The notes: a model not told the origin generated them from the letters alone. Shown: positions 1 through 8,958, counted from the stretch's first letter. The stretch is 64,000 nucleotides of DNA from an uncultured candidate division Zixibacteria bacterium (GCA_963664195.1 OY760907.1:2880001-2944000); one strand, 5' to 3'. Numbers and translations are program-made.

Positions 1-327
1 GGTGATCTGAAAGGACACAACGGCTGGGAAGGCACTGCGGTATGGAATTTTGCGGGCGTCTGGACGCCCAGTCCGAATTGGGATGGCATGCTGCCGGATA
101 CGATCGGTTTTGCCGGTGCTGTTGTTGGCAAGGCTTACGGCAAGCACGAAAGCAAGAAGGTCCTGTCGATGAACCTGATTGTCCCGGAACCGGGTACGCT
201 GGTGGTGGATTCCTGTTTTGTGCGACCGGGCTCGATCTGGTCAATAATTCATGTCGACGCCGAGGGTGTTCGCACCGAGTCTAAACCGACCTGGAGCGGC
301 CCGTACAAGTTCAAGGTTGTGAAGTAG
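1..327 (+). CDS. 5'-truncated secreted-type protein, C-terminal part (WDGxLPDTIGF...GTLVVDSCF...PTWSGP module)
   Basis: Frame 1 is open from base 1 (GDLKGHNGWEG...) to TAG at 325-327 and is followed by a terminator. The 88..327 ORF is its internal part. Confidence 0.7.
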   Translation, partial: GDLKGHNGWEGTAVWNFAGVWTPSPNWDGMLPDTIGFAGAVVGKAYGKHESKKVLSMNLIVPEPGTLVVDSCFVRPGSIWSIIHVDAEGVRTESKPTWSGPYKFKVVK

Positions 328-343
328 ATTCTCATTGAGTTTG

Positions 344-374
344 AAGCCCGTCGACGGTCGGCGGGCTTTTTTTT
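344..374 (+). terminator. Rho-independent terminator
   Basis: GC-rich hairpin AAGCCCGTCGA-CGG-TCGGCGGGCTT followed by a run of 8 T, just after the stop codon. Confidence 0.85.
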
Positions 375-442
375 GGCCGCAAGCGGCTTGGCCCGCTTCG
401 CGTCGTACGTAAGTTACACAAGCTCTTTGGAGTTCAGAGGTT

Positions 443-1213
443 ATGCGCAGTAGTCATCTTTCTCTTGGTGTATGTGCCGTGTTGTTGGTCCTCACGGCAA
501 GTGCACGAAGCGACTCTACCGCTGTGACCGACACCCTGAAATCCGGGTTCACGGTGACTGTCGAGCAAGTACTCTGTGACAATGCCAAGTTGCTTGACAC
601 GTTGGACGTTGTACTCGAATCCTCAGACGTGGGGGAGGTGGCGGCGTTTGTATTTAAGATTGGTACCGATAGTCGTTTCGTGGATATAATCGAAGTGTTG
701 CCCGGGGAAATACCGGATTCCTGTGAATGGGATTTTTTCCGTGCCACTCAGATGTCGGTGGCCAGCGGACTTGATGCGCCGTCATCACTGTGGAAAGTGA
801 TGGGGTTGTCGAAAATGACCCCTGACACGACTCGCGCCGGGTGTCTGGGGTTTGATCGCCCGGCGACGTTAGCGCGGCTGGTAGTGTCGAGTGCGCATCT
901 TATTCGCGTTCCTGACACAACCGCGGCGGTGTTTTTCTACTGGGAGGATTGTCGTGACAATACGCTGTCGGACAGTTCGGGGGCGTTATTGTGTGTTTCG
1001 CGCAGTGTTACAGACAGGTATTCCGTAGATTTGCCGGAGAATGTCGATCGTTTTCCGAATCGAGTTGGCACGCCGAGCGAATGCATCGATCCGCGACGGA
1101 AAAATCCCCCTGTGAGGAGGGTTGATTTTCTCAACGGGGGTGTTGAATTCAAGTTTGATATCGGAGAGCCGGAGCCGGACAGCACGGTCGATAGCCTGTT
1201 ACAGTTGCACTGA
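443..1213 (+). CDS. Secreted hypothetical protein, possible cohesin-like beta-sandwich; no T9SS CTD
   Basis: N-terminal signal peptide (LLVLTASARS), several Cys, motifs FYWEDCRDNTLS and RRVDFLNGGVEF; AGAGG upstream. Confidence 0.65.
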   Translation: MRSSHLSLGVCAVLLVLTASARSDSTAVTDTLKSGFTVTVEQVLCDNAKLLDTLDVVLESSDVGEVAAFVFKIGTDSRFVDIIEVLPGEIPDSCEWDFFRATQMSVASGLDAPSSLWKVMGLSKMTPDTTRAGCLGFDRPATLARLVVSSAHLIRVPDTTAAVFFYWEDCRDNTLSDSSGALLCVSRSVTDRYSVDLPENVDRFPNRVGTPSECIDPRRKNPPVRRVDFLNGGVEFKFDIGEPEPDSTVDSLLQLH

Positions 1214-1267
1214 GCCTGTCGAAGTGTCCTCGCAAGTCTGATGACAGACATGCGCTACAATATCTGA

Positions 1268-2758
1268 TCATTTTACCAGTACCATCTTGATCCGTCGGCT
1301 GCCTTCTTCGGATTGCAACTCGGCGAAATACACTCCGCTCGCCTGCGGTTTCTTTCGATTGTCCAATCCATTCCATGAGAAACGATAATCACCGGTCGGA
1401 GTGTCGGCGTCGTAGAGCGTCGCGACTTCCTGCCCGAGCACATTGAAGACCCTCAGAGTCAAGTGTTGCCTATGGGTGTTAGTAAATGATATCACCGTCG
1501 AGTTGTTGAACGGATTCGGGTAGTTTTGCGAGAGGCTGAAGTTTGAGGGGAGAACAGGCTCTGAGTGTTCGTCTTTGACAGCGGTTGGTGTGTTGAACTG
1601 GAAGACGTCGACCATGCTTCCGCATCGCGCAACGAGGTTGAGTACTGTTGGATCATCGCCTGTTTCGAAGAAGGACCAAGCTGTCAGGCAAGAAGGCATC
1701 GGGATACTGTCCACCAGCTCGCCCGTTCGGCAATTCAGCGCCAGCACGTAGTCTCCCCAATACGCCAGTCCTGCGAGGATGATTTGGGATTCGCTAACAA
1801 AATCCAAATTCGTGTTCTCCGGTCCCCATGGAGCAGTGAGATAGCCCATTCTCTTCGACCTCCATAGTTCCCTAGGAGGGTTCTCCGCGAAAGTGTAGCA
1901 CGAAGCGTATATCTCGTATCCTCCGGGCTCAACCAGCGGTCCATTCGTCCCGTAGTATATTACTTCGTCGTAAGTGGTCGAAGGATCAAAATCACCGACA
2001 AAAAGACTCACTCCGTACGATTCTGTTTCGCTGTAGAACACCGACTGGCCAGAAGAATCTCGTACCGAGAAATCAAGATCGGCACTCTCGGTGGCGACAC
2101 CCTGAATCCGTTGGTATTGATATCTGCTCGCGAAATCAACTCGTTCACATCCAGGTGCAGGGCTCAGGTCACCGTAGCCGATTCTGGCAAGATGCGTCAA
2201 CGGCGTCACCACTTGGAGGTCCAAATCCAGAACGGCCGCTGTTGTCCCGATACTTGTCAGTTCTAGTCCACCGCCCGACAAGTACGAGAAAGAAATCTGC
2301 TCCAAGATGATGCCACAGACATCCCCGTCGGGTTTGTCAAACCTGATCCCGTGTCTGGAAGACCAGGCGAGTTCCTCGTCGGTAGTGCCACACGGAATAT
2401 CAACAGAATCGCGGAATGCGACGTGACCTGTCCAGTCGATGCGTACAATCCGACTGTTATTCTGCTGGCAGTAAACTACGAGAGTGTCATCTCTCCACAT
2501 GTTGATAGTCATTACGGGTGACCCGATCAGGGGGATGTTCACTACCGAATCGGCCCCAAAACGATCAATCACGATCTGATTGTTCGGAGCATCGCTATAT
2601 ATGAACCCCGCCAACTCATTCGACTCATCGATAATCGGATCGATATGAACGTAGTTGGAGACCTCCGGACTTTGCTCCTGATACACGATCTGGTAGTCAC
2701 CGGCTAACGCGGTAGCTTGGATGAGAAAGAGAACGGGTACAAGTATCAGCCACTTCAT
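1268..2758 (-). CDS. T9SS cargo protein with type A C-terminal sorting domain (paralogue 1)
   Basis: Signal peptide; C-terminal LPSNFSLSQNYPNPFN...VFNVLGQEV...ASGVYF...KMVLVK; internal VGDFD (FG-GAP-like) motif. Confidence 0.88.
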   Translation of the reverse strand: MKWLILVPVLFLIQATALAGDYQIVYQEQSPEVSNYVHIDPIIDESNELAGFIYSDAPNNQIVIDRFGADSVVNIPLIGSPVMTINMWRDDTLVVYCQQNNSRIVRIDWTGHVAFRDSVDIPCGTTDEELAWSSRHGIRFDKPDGDVCGIILEQISFSYLSGGGLELTSIGTTAAVLDLDLQVVTPLTHLARIGYGDLSPAPGCERVDFASRYQYQRIQGVATESADLDFSVRDSSGQSVFYSETESYGVSLFVGDFDPSTTYDEVIYYGTNGPLVEPGGYEIYASCYTFAENPPRELWRSKRMGYLTAPWGPENTNLDFVSESQIILAGLAYWGDYVLALNCRTGELVDSIPMPSCLTAWSFFETGDDPTVLNLVARCGSMVDVFQFNTPTAVKDEHSEPVLPSNFSLSQNYPNPFNNSTVISFTNTHRQHLTLRVFNVLGQEVATLYDADTPTGDYRFSWNGLDNRKKPQASGVYFAELQSEEGSRRIKMVLVK

Positions 2759-2780
2759 TGAAACATCTCCCCGGTTTGAA

Positions 2781-4307
2781 TTACTTAATCAACACCATTT
2801 TGATCCGTCGGCTGCCTTCTTCGGATTGTAACTCAGCGAAATACACGCCGCTGGCCTGCGGTCGTTTGCGATTGTCCAGCCCATCCCATGAGAAACGATA
2901 GTCACCGGCAGGGGTGTCGGCATCGTGGAGGGAGGCAACTTCCTGTCCGAGGACATTGAAGACCCTCAGGGTCAATTGTTGTCTGGTGGTGTTAGTAAAT
3001 GATATCACGGTCGCGTTGTTGAACGGGTTCGGATAGTTCTGCGAGAGACTGAAGCTGGAGGGGAGGACATCAGTCTCAGGTTCATCTGCCACGTCTGTGG
3101 GAGTGCTGAACTGGTAGACGAAGATGGTGTCGGCGTTTCGTCCGACGAGATTGAGCACGGACGGGTCCGCGCCGGTTTCGAAAAATGTCCAGGCGGTCAA
3201 GCTGCGGTCGAGGGCCACAGAGTCCGAGATCGTGCCATTGCAGTAGTCGAGGGCGAGCATCTTGTCATTTGCAAACGACAGACCAGCCAGATAGTGTTGG
3301 GGGCTGTGAAGGTGGGTGAAGCGAGGAGACCCGAATATGGCTCCCCCCTCAGAAGCGTAGCCCAATGAATCTGAACACCATAGCTCCCTGGGAGTAGTTT
3401 CGGCGAAGTTGTAACAGCAAGCTCGTACAATAGCCTTTGAGTGTGCTCCCAGCCAGTCGCCACTCCCGTAGTAGAGAACTTCGTCACCTTCGAGGCTGGA
3501 GTCGAAGTCACCGACAAACAGGTTCTGGCCCCAGGTATGAATCGTGCTTCGGTAGTGCTCCGGCTGTAGCGTTGAGTCGGTCACCATGAAATTGAACCGC
3601 ATGTAGCTCTCATGAACCACCGTCTCGTCACCGTATCTAGTGGCGCGGTAAACCTCGCGGAATTCGTAGCCCGCCATTTCCAGGCCCGGTGAATGAGTCA
3701 AGTTGCCGAACCTGCATCTCATGGCTCTGATTGGCGGACCGATTTCGTTGATCTCAGTATCCAACCTGCTTGTGGATGACAGTGCGTAGTAGTCTTCGCG
3801 GCCACCTATGTCACTGTAGAGGTACATCAGCTGTTGAAAGAGGATTCCCCTGATGTGTCCGTCGCAGAGATCAAAGCCGATATCCTGCCATGCAGACGAC
3901 GCAGAACTGTATGCTGGACGCTCGTGAGAAATCGGGACAGATTGTTTGATGTAGTCGTTTCCGACCAATCTTGCGAAAGCAATGTGCGGAAACCACCCTG
4001 TAGTGTTGTACAGCACGTACACTACTAGCGTGTCACCTCGGAACAGATTGATTGTCTTTTTTGGGTGACCTCCGAGACTGATCGCTACGAGTGAATCTGC
4101 AGCGATACGATCGATCATGATCGAATCTCCCGAATTGTCGCAGTAAATGAACCCGGCCAACTCACTGGTCTCATCGATAATCGGATCGATGTGAACGTAG
4201 TTGGAGACCTCCGGACTTTGCTCCTGATACACTATCTGGTACTCACCGGCAAAAGCGGTCGCGGTCAAGAACAAGGCTGCAAGAACGAGTAGCAACGAAG
4301 ATCTCAT
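2781..4307 (-). CDS. T9SS cargo protein with type A C-terminal sorting domain (paralogue 2)
   Basis: Same CTD motifs. Start moved from 4349 to ATG 4307 (MRSSLLL...), which follows an AAGGAGG RBS and gives a clean signal peptide. Confidence 0.88.
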   Translation of the reverse strand: MRSSLLLVLAALFLTATAFAGEYQIVYQEQSPEVSNYVHIDPIIDETSELAGFIYCDNSGDSIMIDRIAADSLVAISLGGHPKKTINLFRGDTLVVYVLYNTTGWFPHIAFARLVGNDYIKQSVPISHERPAYSSASSAWQDIGFDLCDGHIRGILFQQLMYLYSDIGGREDYYALSSTSRLDTEINEIGPPIRAMRCRFGNLTHSPGLEMAGYEFREVYRATRYGDETVVHESYMRFNFMVTDSTLQPEHYRSTIHTWGQNLFVGDFDSSLEGDEVLYYGSGDWLGAHSKAIVRACCYNFAETTPRELWCSDSLGYASEGGAIFGSPRFTHLHSPQHYLAGLSFANDKMLALDYCNGTISDSVALDRSLTAWTFFETGADPSVLNLVGRNADTIFVYQFSTPTDVADEPETDVLPSSFSLSQNYPNPFNNATVISFTNTTRQQLTLRVFNVLGQEVASLHDADTPAGDYRFSWDGLDNRKRPQASGVYFAELQSEEGSRRIKMVLIK

Positions 4308-4435
4308 TGGAATCATCCTCCTTGTTCTAAAACTAACCCCAATATCCATATTGTCAATACAAAAGTGACTGAGACGCTGTTGTTTCTGCCCTATGCCAGG
4401 GTGGAAGAAGGGAAGAAGGCCCCGAAATCTTTATC

Positions 4436-4464
4436 TTGCAAGCCGGTCGCCGGCGGCGTAGCAT
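4436..4464 (+). promoter_or_regulatory. Putative sigma70 promoter for the 4526 gene
   Basis: TTGCAA-17 nt-TAGCAT. Confidence 0.4.
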
Positions 4465-4525
4465 ATTTAGACTTGCAAGGCGATCAAATCTGATGCGACA
4501 GGGGCTTTTTGCAGGAGGCTAGGTC

Positions 4526-5167
4526 ATGTACCACAGACAACGAGTTGGTTATTACTCGCCGAAATTCCAGGCACGCTTATTCGATTGGCTGAGGAGCTTT
4601 TGGCCGGCATGTGTCGCCTTCGCTCTGGTCGGGGTTCTCTCGTTCCTGACGAACTGCGGCGGCAATGGGGCTGAGTCACGAAGCTTTGTTGCTGATGAAC
4701 GTCAGACCGTGATCGATTCGTACGAAGACCACAATCAGAAGGTCTGTTTCATTCTGACCGAGGAAATCTGCCAATCTCCTGACAGCGCGGTTTTCTTTCA
4801 TCTGCCAAGAGAACTACATCTGATCACAGAAGACCGTCAGGTGGCCGATGAGATGCGGATCTCCAACAGGGGGATTGAGCCTGTGGTTTTCGCCGAGTAC
4901 AAGATCAGCCTGATGGACGACCACAACGTAGTATATCAGCCGGAATTCATCGGGCCGGGAAACTACAGCAATACCAAGTCGTTTGAGCCGGCGCTGGTGC
5001 TTGAGCCGGGGGAGGAGGTCTCCGTTTTTTTTGCCACACGACTCAGGCCGGAATCTGAGGGAATTCAGGGGATCTGGATTCAGTATCGTCTGATCGGTGA
5101 AGATGAATCGAGCCGGGTAGTGGTGTCGTATCGTCCTCGGAATATCCAGAGTATCATGGCTAAGTAA
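4526..5167 (+). CDS. Putative lipoprotein or membrane-anchored protein with a DUF4352-like Ig-fold domain
   Basis: AGGAGG RBS; hydrophobic stretch ending FLTNC-GG; pattern ISNRGIEP...ISLMDD...YQP...LEPGEEV. Confidence 0.55.
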   Translation: MYHRQRVGYYSPKFQARLFDWLRSFWPACVAFALVGVLSFLTNCGGNGAESRSFVADERQTVIDSYEDHNQKVCFILTEEICQSPDSAVFFHLPRELHLITEDRQVADEMRISNRGIEPVVFAEYKISLMDDHNVVYQPEFIGPGNYSNTKSFEPALVLEPGEEVSVFFATRLRPESEGIQGIWIQYRLIGEDESSRVVVSYRPRNIQSIMAK

Positions 5168-5170
5168 GGG

Positions 5171-5243
5171 TGGGGCAGACGGCAAGCGTCTGCCGCCCAC
5201 AAAACGTGAGGCTGGGGCAGGCGACAAGCGTCTGCCGCCCACA
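5171..5243. repeat. Two tandem 31-bp palindromic direct repeats (REP-like)
   Basis: TGGGGCAGACGGCAAGCGTCTGCCGCCCACA (5171-5201) and TGGGGCAGGCGACAAGCGTCTGCCGCCCACA (5213-5243); each forms a GGCAGRCG/CGTCTGCC hairpin. Confidence 0.8.
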
Positions 5244-5256
5244 TTCACTCGTTGTT

Positions 5257-5323
5257 GGGTGGCCCCTTCAAACTTGTTTGGAGGGGGTTGAATCCGGGCC
5301 AAACAAGTTTGACCCGGCCACCC
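5257..5323. repeat. Inverted pair of 30-bp REP-like palindromes (REPIN-like)
   Basis: GGGTGGCC-CCT-TCAAACTTGTTTGG-AGG-GG (5257-5286) and, on the opposite strand, GGGTGGCC-GGG-TCAAACTTGTTTGG-CCC-GG (5323-5294). Confidence 0.8.
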
Positions 5324-5427
5324 GCCGTACCCCTCCTCCGGCGGGCGAGCGCAGAAATATCTGGCGAAAATCGGCTTCCGGATGTACCTTGCGGGCCGCA
5401 AAAAACGTTTGATTCGGGAGTATTGAC

Positions 5428-6441
5428 GTGGCCGGTGAAGTTGCTGCAAGGGTATATCGCGGGGAAGGAATCGAAGCGGAGCACTGCGCTGTAATAGCAG
5501 TGGTCAACGCTGATGGCAAACTGACTCATTATTACGGTGATCCGGAGACGGTGTATATGACGCGGTCCTCGGTCAAGCCGTTTCAGGCTCTGCCGTTGAT
5601 TCTGTCCGGCGGTCTGGATCGATTCGGTTTCTCGCCTCGCCAGCTTGCGATCATGTGTGCCTCGCACAACGGCAACGACGAGCACCGTGAGGTGGTTCAG
5701 TCCAATCTGGATCAGGCCGGCACATCAGCCGACGATCTCCTGTGCGGCACTCATCTGCCGATTTTTATGCGTCTGAAGGGGTTGTATCCCGACAACGGAG
5801 AGGACAAAGATGTGCTCCGTCACAATTGTTCGGGTAAACACTCAGGATTCCTGGCATTATCGAAGCATCTTGGTGCGCCGCTTGCTGAGTATCTGGAACC
5901 GGCCGGGGATCCCCAGCAGCGGATCAAGCAATCGGTGGCGGATCGGTGCGAATATCCGGTTGAGAAAATAGGGGTCGGCATCGACGGTTGCAGTGCGCCG
6001 GTGTTTTCCATGCCGATGAAGAACCTTGCGATCGGCTTCAAGAATCTGGCTTTGGGCAAAGCTGATGATGCTCATGTCAGAGCTGCTCTGGATCGCGTAC
6101 GCTCGGCAATGATGGAGTTTCCGTATCTTGTCGCCGGGGAAGGACGATTCGACTATGATTTTATGAGATCGTTCCCTGGCAACGGTGTGGCCAAGGTTGG
6201 GGCGGAATCAATACAGGGGATGGGCTTTGTCCAGCAGGGCATCGGAATTTGTGTGAAGGTTCAGGACGGCGGCGCTCGGGCGTTGGGGCCGATTTGTGTT
6301 GAAGTGCTCAAGCAACTCGGGTTGATCGGGCGAATCGAGGATTTTCCGCATCTTGCTCCGTATGGAGATCCTGAAATTCGCAACTACCGCAGGATCGTTA
6401 CGGGGCGGATTGAGGTTGATTTCGATCTGAGAAAAGCATAA
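5428..6441 (+). CDS. L-asparaginase II (Rhizobium etli-type, class 3)
   Basis: Motifs RSSVKPFQA, ASHNG, HNCSGKH, DGCSAP and AKVGAE. Confidence 0.9.
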   Translation: MAGEVAARVYRGEGIEAEHCAVIAVVNADGKLTHYYGDPETVYMTRSSVKPFQALPLILSGGLDRFGFSPRQLAIMCASHNGNDEHREVVQSNLDQAGTSADDLLCGTHLPIFMRLKGLYPDNGEDKDVLRHNCSGKHSGFLALSKHLGAPLAEYLEPAGDPQQRIKQSVADRCEYPVEKIGVGIDGCSAPVFSMPMKNLAIGFKNLALGKADDAHVRAALDRVRSAMMEFPYLVAGEGRFDYDFMRSFPGNGVAKVGAESIQGMGFVQQGIGICVKVQDGGARALGPICVEVLKQLGLIGRIEDFPHLAPYGDPEIRNYRRIVTGRIEVDFDLRKA

Positions 6442-6588
6442 ATTATTATGCTATGGTACTTTTGAGAGTAATCGAACATCTCGATCTGGAATTCCATCGT
6501 CGACGCGTCAAAGACGCCACCTAATCTGTATCTCTTCTATTGTATCCGGGGGTAGAACCATAACGCGAACCGTTGACCAGGAGAGATT

Positions 6589-7992
6589 GTGTCTAAGAAA
6601 CGTCAACCTGCCGAGCCGTACCGCATTAAGTCGGTGGAGCCGATAACGCTGCTGAGCCGTCCAGAACGCAAGGCGAAGCTGGAAGCGGCCAGCTACAATA
6701 TATTCAAGATCGATGCGGCTGATATCTACATCGATTTGCTGACCGATTCCGGCACCTCGGCGATGTCCAATCGCCAGTGGGGCGCGCTGATGTTGGGGGA
6801 TGAGTCCTATGCCGGGGCAAGGTCGTTCCGTCGATTTGAGAAGAGCGTCCAGAGCATTTTCGGCAAAAAATACGTGGTGCCGTGTCATCAGGGGAGAGTG
6901 GCCGAGAATCTGATGTTCAGCACTATTCTCAAGAAGGGGCAATTCGTTCCCAACAACACGCACTTTGATACGACCCGGGGCAACTGCCTGCACAAGGGAG
7001 GTATCCCTGTCGACCTGCCGTGCAAGGAGAGTGAGTCGATAGAGCCGCTGCCGTTCAAGGGCAATATGGATACTAAACGGCTGGAGGATTTCATCAAGGA
7101 AAACGGCCCGGATAGCATTGCGATGGTCATTATGACGGTCACCAACAACTCCGCAGGCGGACAGGCGGTGTCGATGTCCAACATTCGCGAGGTTTCCAGA
7201 ATCTGCAAGAGCCACGGACTGCTGTTTTACTATGACTGCGCCCGATTTGCCGAGAACTGCTATTTCATCAAGCGGGATGAGGCCGGTTACGGCGGCAAAT
7301 CGATCAAGGAAATCGCCAACGAGATGTTCTCCTATTGCGACGGCGCGATGATGTCGGCCAAGAAAGACGGCCTGGCGAACATGGGCGGGTTCATTACGCT
7401 CGACGACGAGCATCTGTATCGAAAGATCACGGAACTAATGATTCTAATAGAGGGCTTCCCGACATACGGCGGTCTGGCCGGACGGGACATGGAAGTGCTC
7501 GCGGTCGGACTTCAGGAAGTTTTGGAGTTTGACTATCTCGACTTCCGGATGGAACAGGTGGCGTATCTTGGTGCCCGGATGATTGAGGCCGGCATGCCGA
7601 TTGTCGAACCGACCGGCGGTCACGCGGTTTTTGTCGATGCCGGACGGCTTTTGCCTCACATTCATCCGGATCAGTTTCCCGGGCAGTCGCTGACGGCGGA
7701 ATTCTATCTTGAGGGTGGGATTCGTACGGTGGAAATCGGCAGCCTGATGTTTGGCAGTGTGGATCCCGATACGGGGGAGAAACATTACGCCGCGAAAGAA
7801 CTGGTTCGCATGGCTATCCCGAGACGAGTCTACACGAACTCGCATCTCGATTACATAGCCGATGTCGCCGCGAGGATTGTCGGTCGAAAGGCAGAACTGG
7901 CCGGATACGAAATCACCCGACAGTCTGAATTCCTCAGACACTTCACCTGTGATATGGCTGTCTGCAAACCCGAGACTGTTGAGACGAAATGA
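6589..7992 (+). CDS. tnaA: Tryptophanase (PLP-dependent beta-eliminating lyase)
   Basis: EPYRIKSVE, IDLLTDSGTSAMS, HQGR and the PLP-lysine motif MSAKKD. FDTT and LRHFT are tryptophanase-type; tyrosine phenol-lyase has FTTT and LRFFT. Confidence 0.88.
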   Translation: MSKKRQPAEPYRIKSVEPITLLSRPERKAKLEAASYNIFKIDAADIYIDLLTDSGTSAMSNRQWGALMLGDESYAGARSFRRFEKSVQSIFGKKYVVPCHQGRVAENLMFSTILKKGQFVPNNTHFDTTRGNCLHKGGIPVDLPCKESESIEPLPFKGNMDTKRLEDFIKENGPDSIAMVIMTVTNNSAGGQAVSMSNIREVSRICKSHGLLFYYDCARFAENCYFIKRDEAGYGGKSIKEIANEMFSYCDGAMMSAKKDGLANMGGFITLDDEHLYRKITELMILIEGFPTYGGLAGRDMEVLAVGLQEVLEFDYLDFRMEQVAYLGARMIEAGMPIVEPTGGHAVFVDAGRLLPHIHPDQFPGQSLTAEFYLEGGIRTVEIGSLMFGSVDPDTGEKHYAAKELVRMAIPRRVYTNSHLDYIADVAARIVGRKAELAGYEITRQSEFLRHFTCDMAVCKPETVETK

Positions 7993-8588
7993 AAACGAAG
8001 CTGTTGATGCGCGGGGGCTGGATGTTGATAGTGGCGTGCCTGGGGATTTGCGGATGCAGTGCGATCAATATCGAAACCGGGCCGCCCTCCAATGAAGAGG
8101 CGGCCCGGTCCTCCGAAGCTCAGGCGAAGGGACTTCGAAGTGATTTCAGCAATCGATTAGAGAGCGCTTCCCCCCAGCAGAAGGCGTGGATGGTGAAGGC
8201 GTTCGTCGATTCTGCTACGGCCAGGTACTACCGGGTTGGATTTTTGATAGCCGATCACTGGGACGAAGGCAACGAGGGACGGGGTGAGGACATTCCTGCC
8301 AGCGAGATGCAGCGGGTTGTTGAGAATTCGTTTTCGAAGGACCTACCGCTGTTCGAGTCCTATGACGATATTGTGGACTATGGTCTGAATGAGGTTCGTG
8401 AGACAAGATTCTTCGATGACGACACTGAACGGCTTCTGACAGAACTTGGCGAAGACTATTACGCTGCATACAACTACGCGTTCTATCCGACCGGGAATGC
8501 GAGAGACTATCGCGACGGATTGTACCGGAGGCAGACTGACACGGAAGAGCTGAGTCGTAAAGTGTCGGAGGACTTGCGCCGATACTGA
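7989..8588 (+). CDS. Hypothetical lipoprotein
   Basis: ATGA overlap with the tnaA stop; signal peptide with lipobox-like ICGC. Confidence 0.7.
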   Translation: MKTKLLMRGGWMLIVACLGICGCSAINIETGPPSNEEAARSSEAQAKGLRSDFSNRLESASPQQKAWMVKAFVDSATARYYRVGFLIADHWDEGNEGRGEDIPASEMQRVVENSFSKDLPLFESYDDIVDYGLNEVRETRFFDDDTERLLTELGEDYYAAYNYAFYPTGNARDYRDGLYRRQTDTEELSRKVSEDLRRY

Positions 8589-8798
8589 TTCTATTGGCGC
8601 AGGGGTGATACTGTGCAGCCTCTTGCATATTGCACATCGGTAGCTGGCAGCGGTGTGATTGAGGTGCATTGGCTCTATGCTGGCGTTATCTTATTGCAGG
8701 ATAAACAATTGCAAGACAGTCTGGCCTTGTTGGATCGGACCCGGATCCAGTTTTGGCCGGATTATTGCTTTTCGGAGTAGTTGCGGGGAAGTGGTCGA

Positions 8799-8827
8799 TT
8801 GACAAACAGTAGGGAACTTTATATATT
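8799..8827 (+). promoter_or_regulatory. sigma70 promoter of the porU operon
   Basis: TTGACA (8799-8804)-17 nt-TATATT (8822-8827). Confidence 0.75.
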
Positions 8828-8851
8828 CCACAGGTTTATACTGACGGAAAG

Positions 8852-8958
8852 GAGTTCAATTTAGAGTACTACGGTAACGTTGTTTTTGTTTGACTGAAAA
8901 ACGCATTGTGAAAGGTAACTGCTCAGGCAGCCCCTTTACCGTAGCTGTAAATTGACTC
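8852..8958 (+). other. Long imperfect inverted repeat / putative structured 5' leader RNA
   Basis: CTACGGTAA (8869-8877) pairs with TTACCGTAG (8936-8944) and TCAATTTA (8856-8863) with TAAATTGA (8948-8955), enclosing two smaller hairpins. Confidence 0.6.

Noticed and set aside
1268..4307. Diversity-generating retroelement explaining the paralogue similarity
   Set aside because: No reverse transcriptase in the window, mismatches are not adenine-specific, and both copies are within intact genes.
5171..5323. Possible mini-CRISPR array
   Set aside because: Only two copies of each repeat, an 11-bp gap instead of a spacer, and no cas genes; fits REP elements better.
4814..5685. Several overlapping short ORFs around 5.2-5.5 kb
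   Set aside because: They arise from GC-rich REP palindromes and antisense frames of real genes.
6453..6524. 23-codon ORF upstream of tnaA, similar in size to TnaC
   Set aside because: Lacks the Trp, the Asp spacing and the terminal Pro required in TnaC.
6589..7992. Tyrosine phenol-lyase assignment
   Set aside because: FDTT, SAKKD and LRHFT are tryptophanase-type residues.
8586..8780. Frame stays open for 63 codons after the TGA of the 7989 lipoprotein (possible Sec readthrough)
   Set aside because: No redox motif around the TGA, no convincing SECIS hairpin, and the extension resembles no protein. I found no convincing selenoprotein gene in the window.
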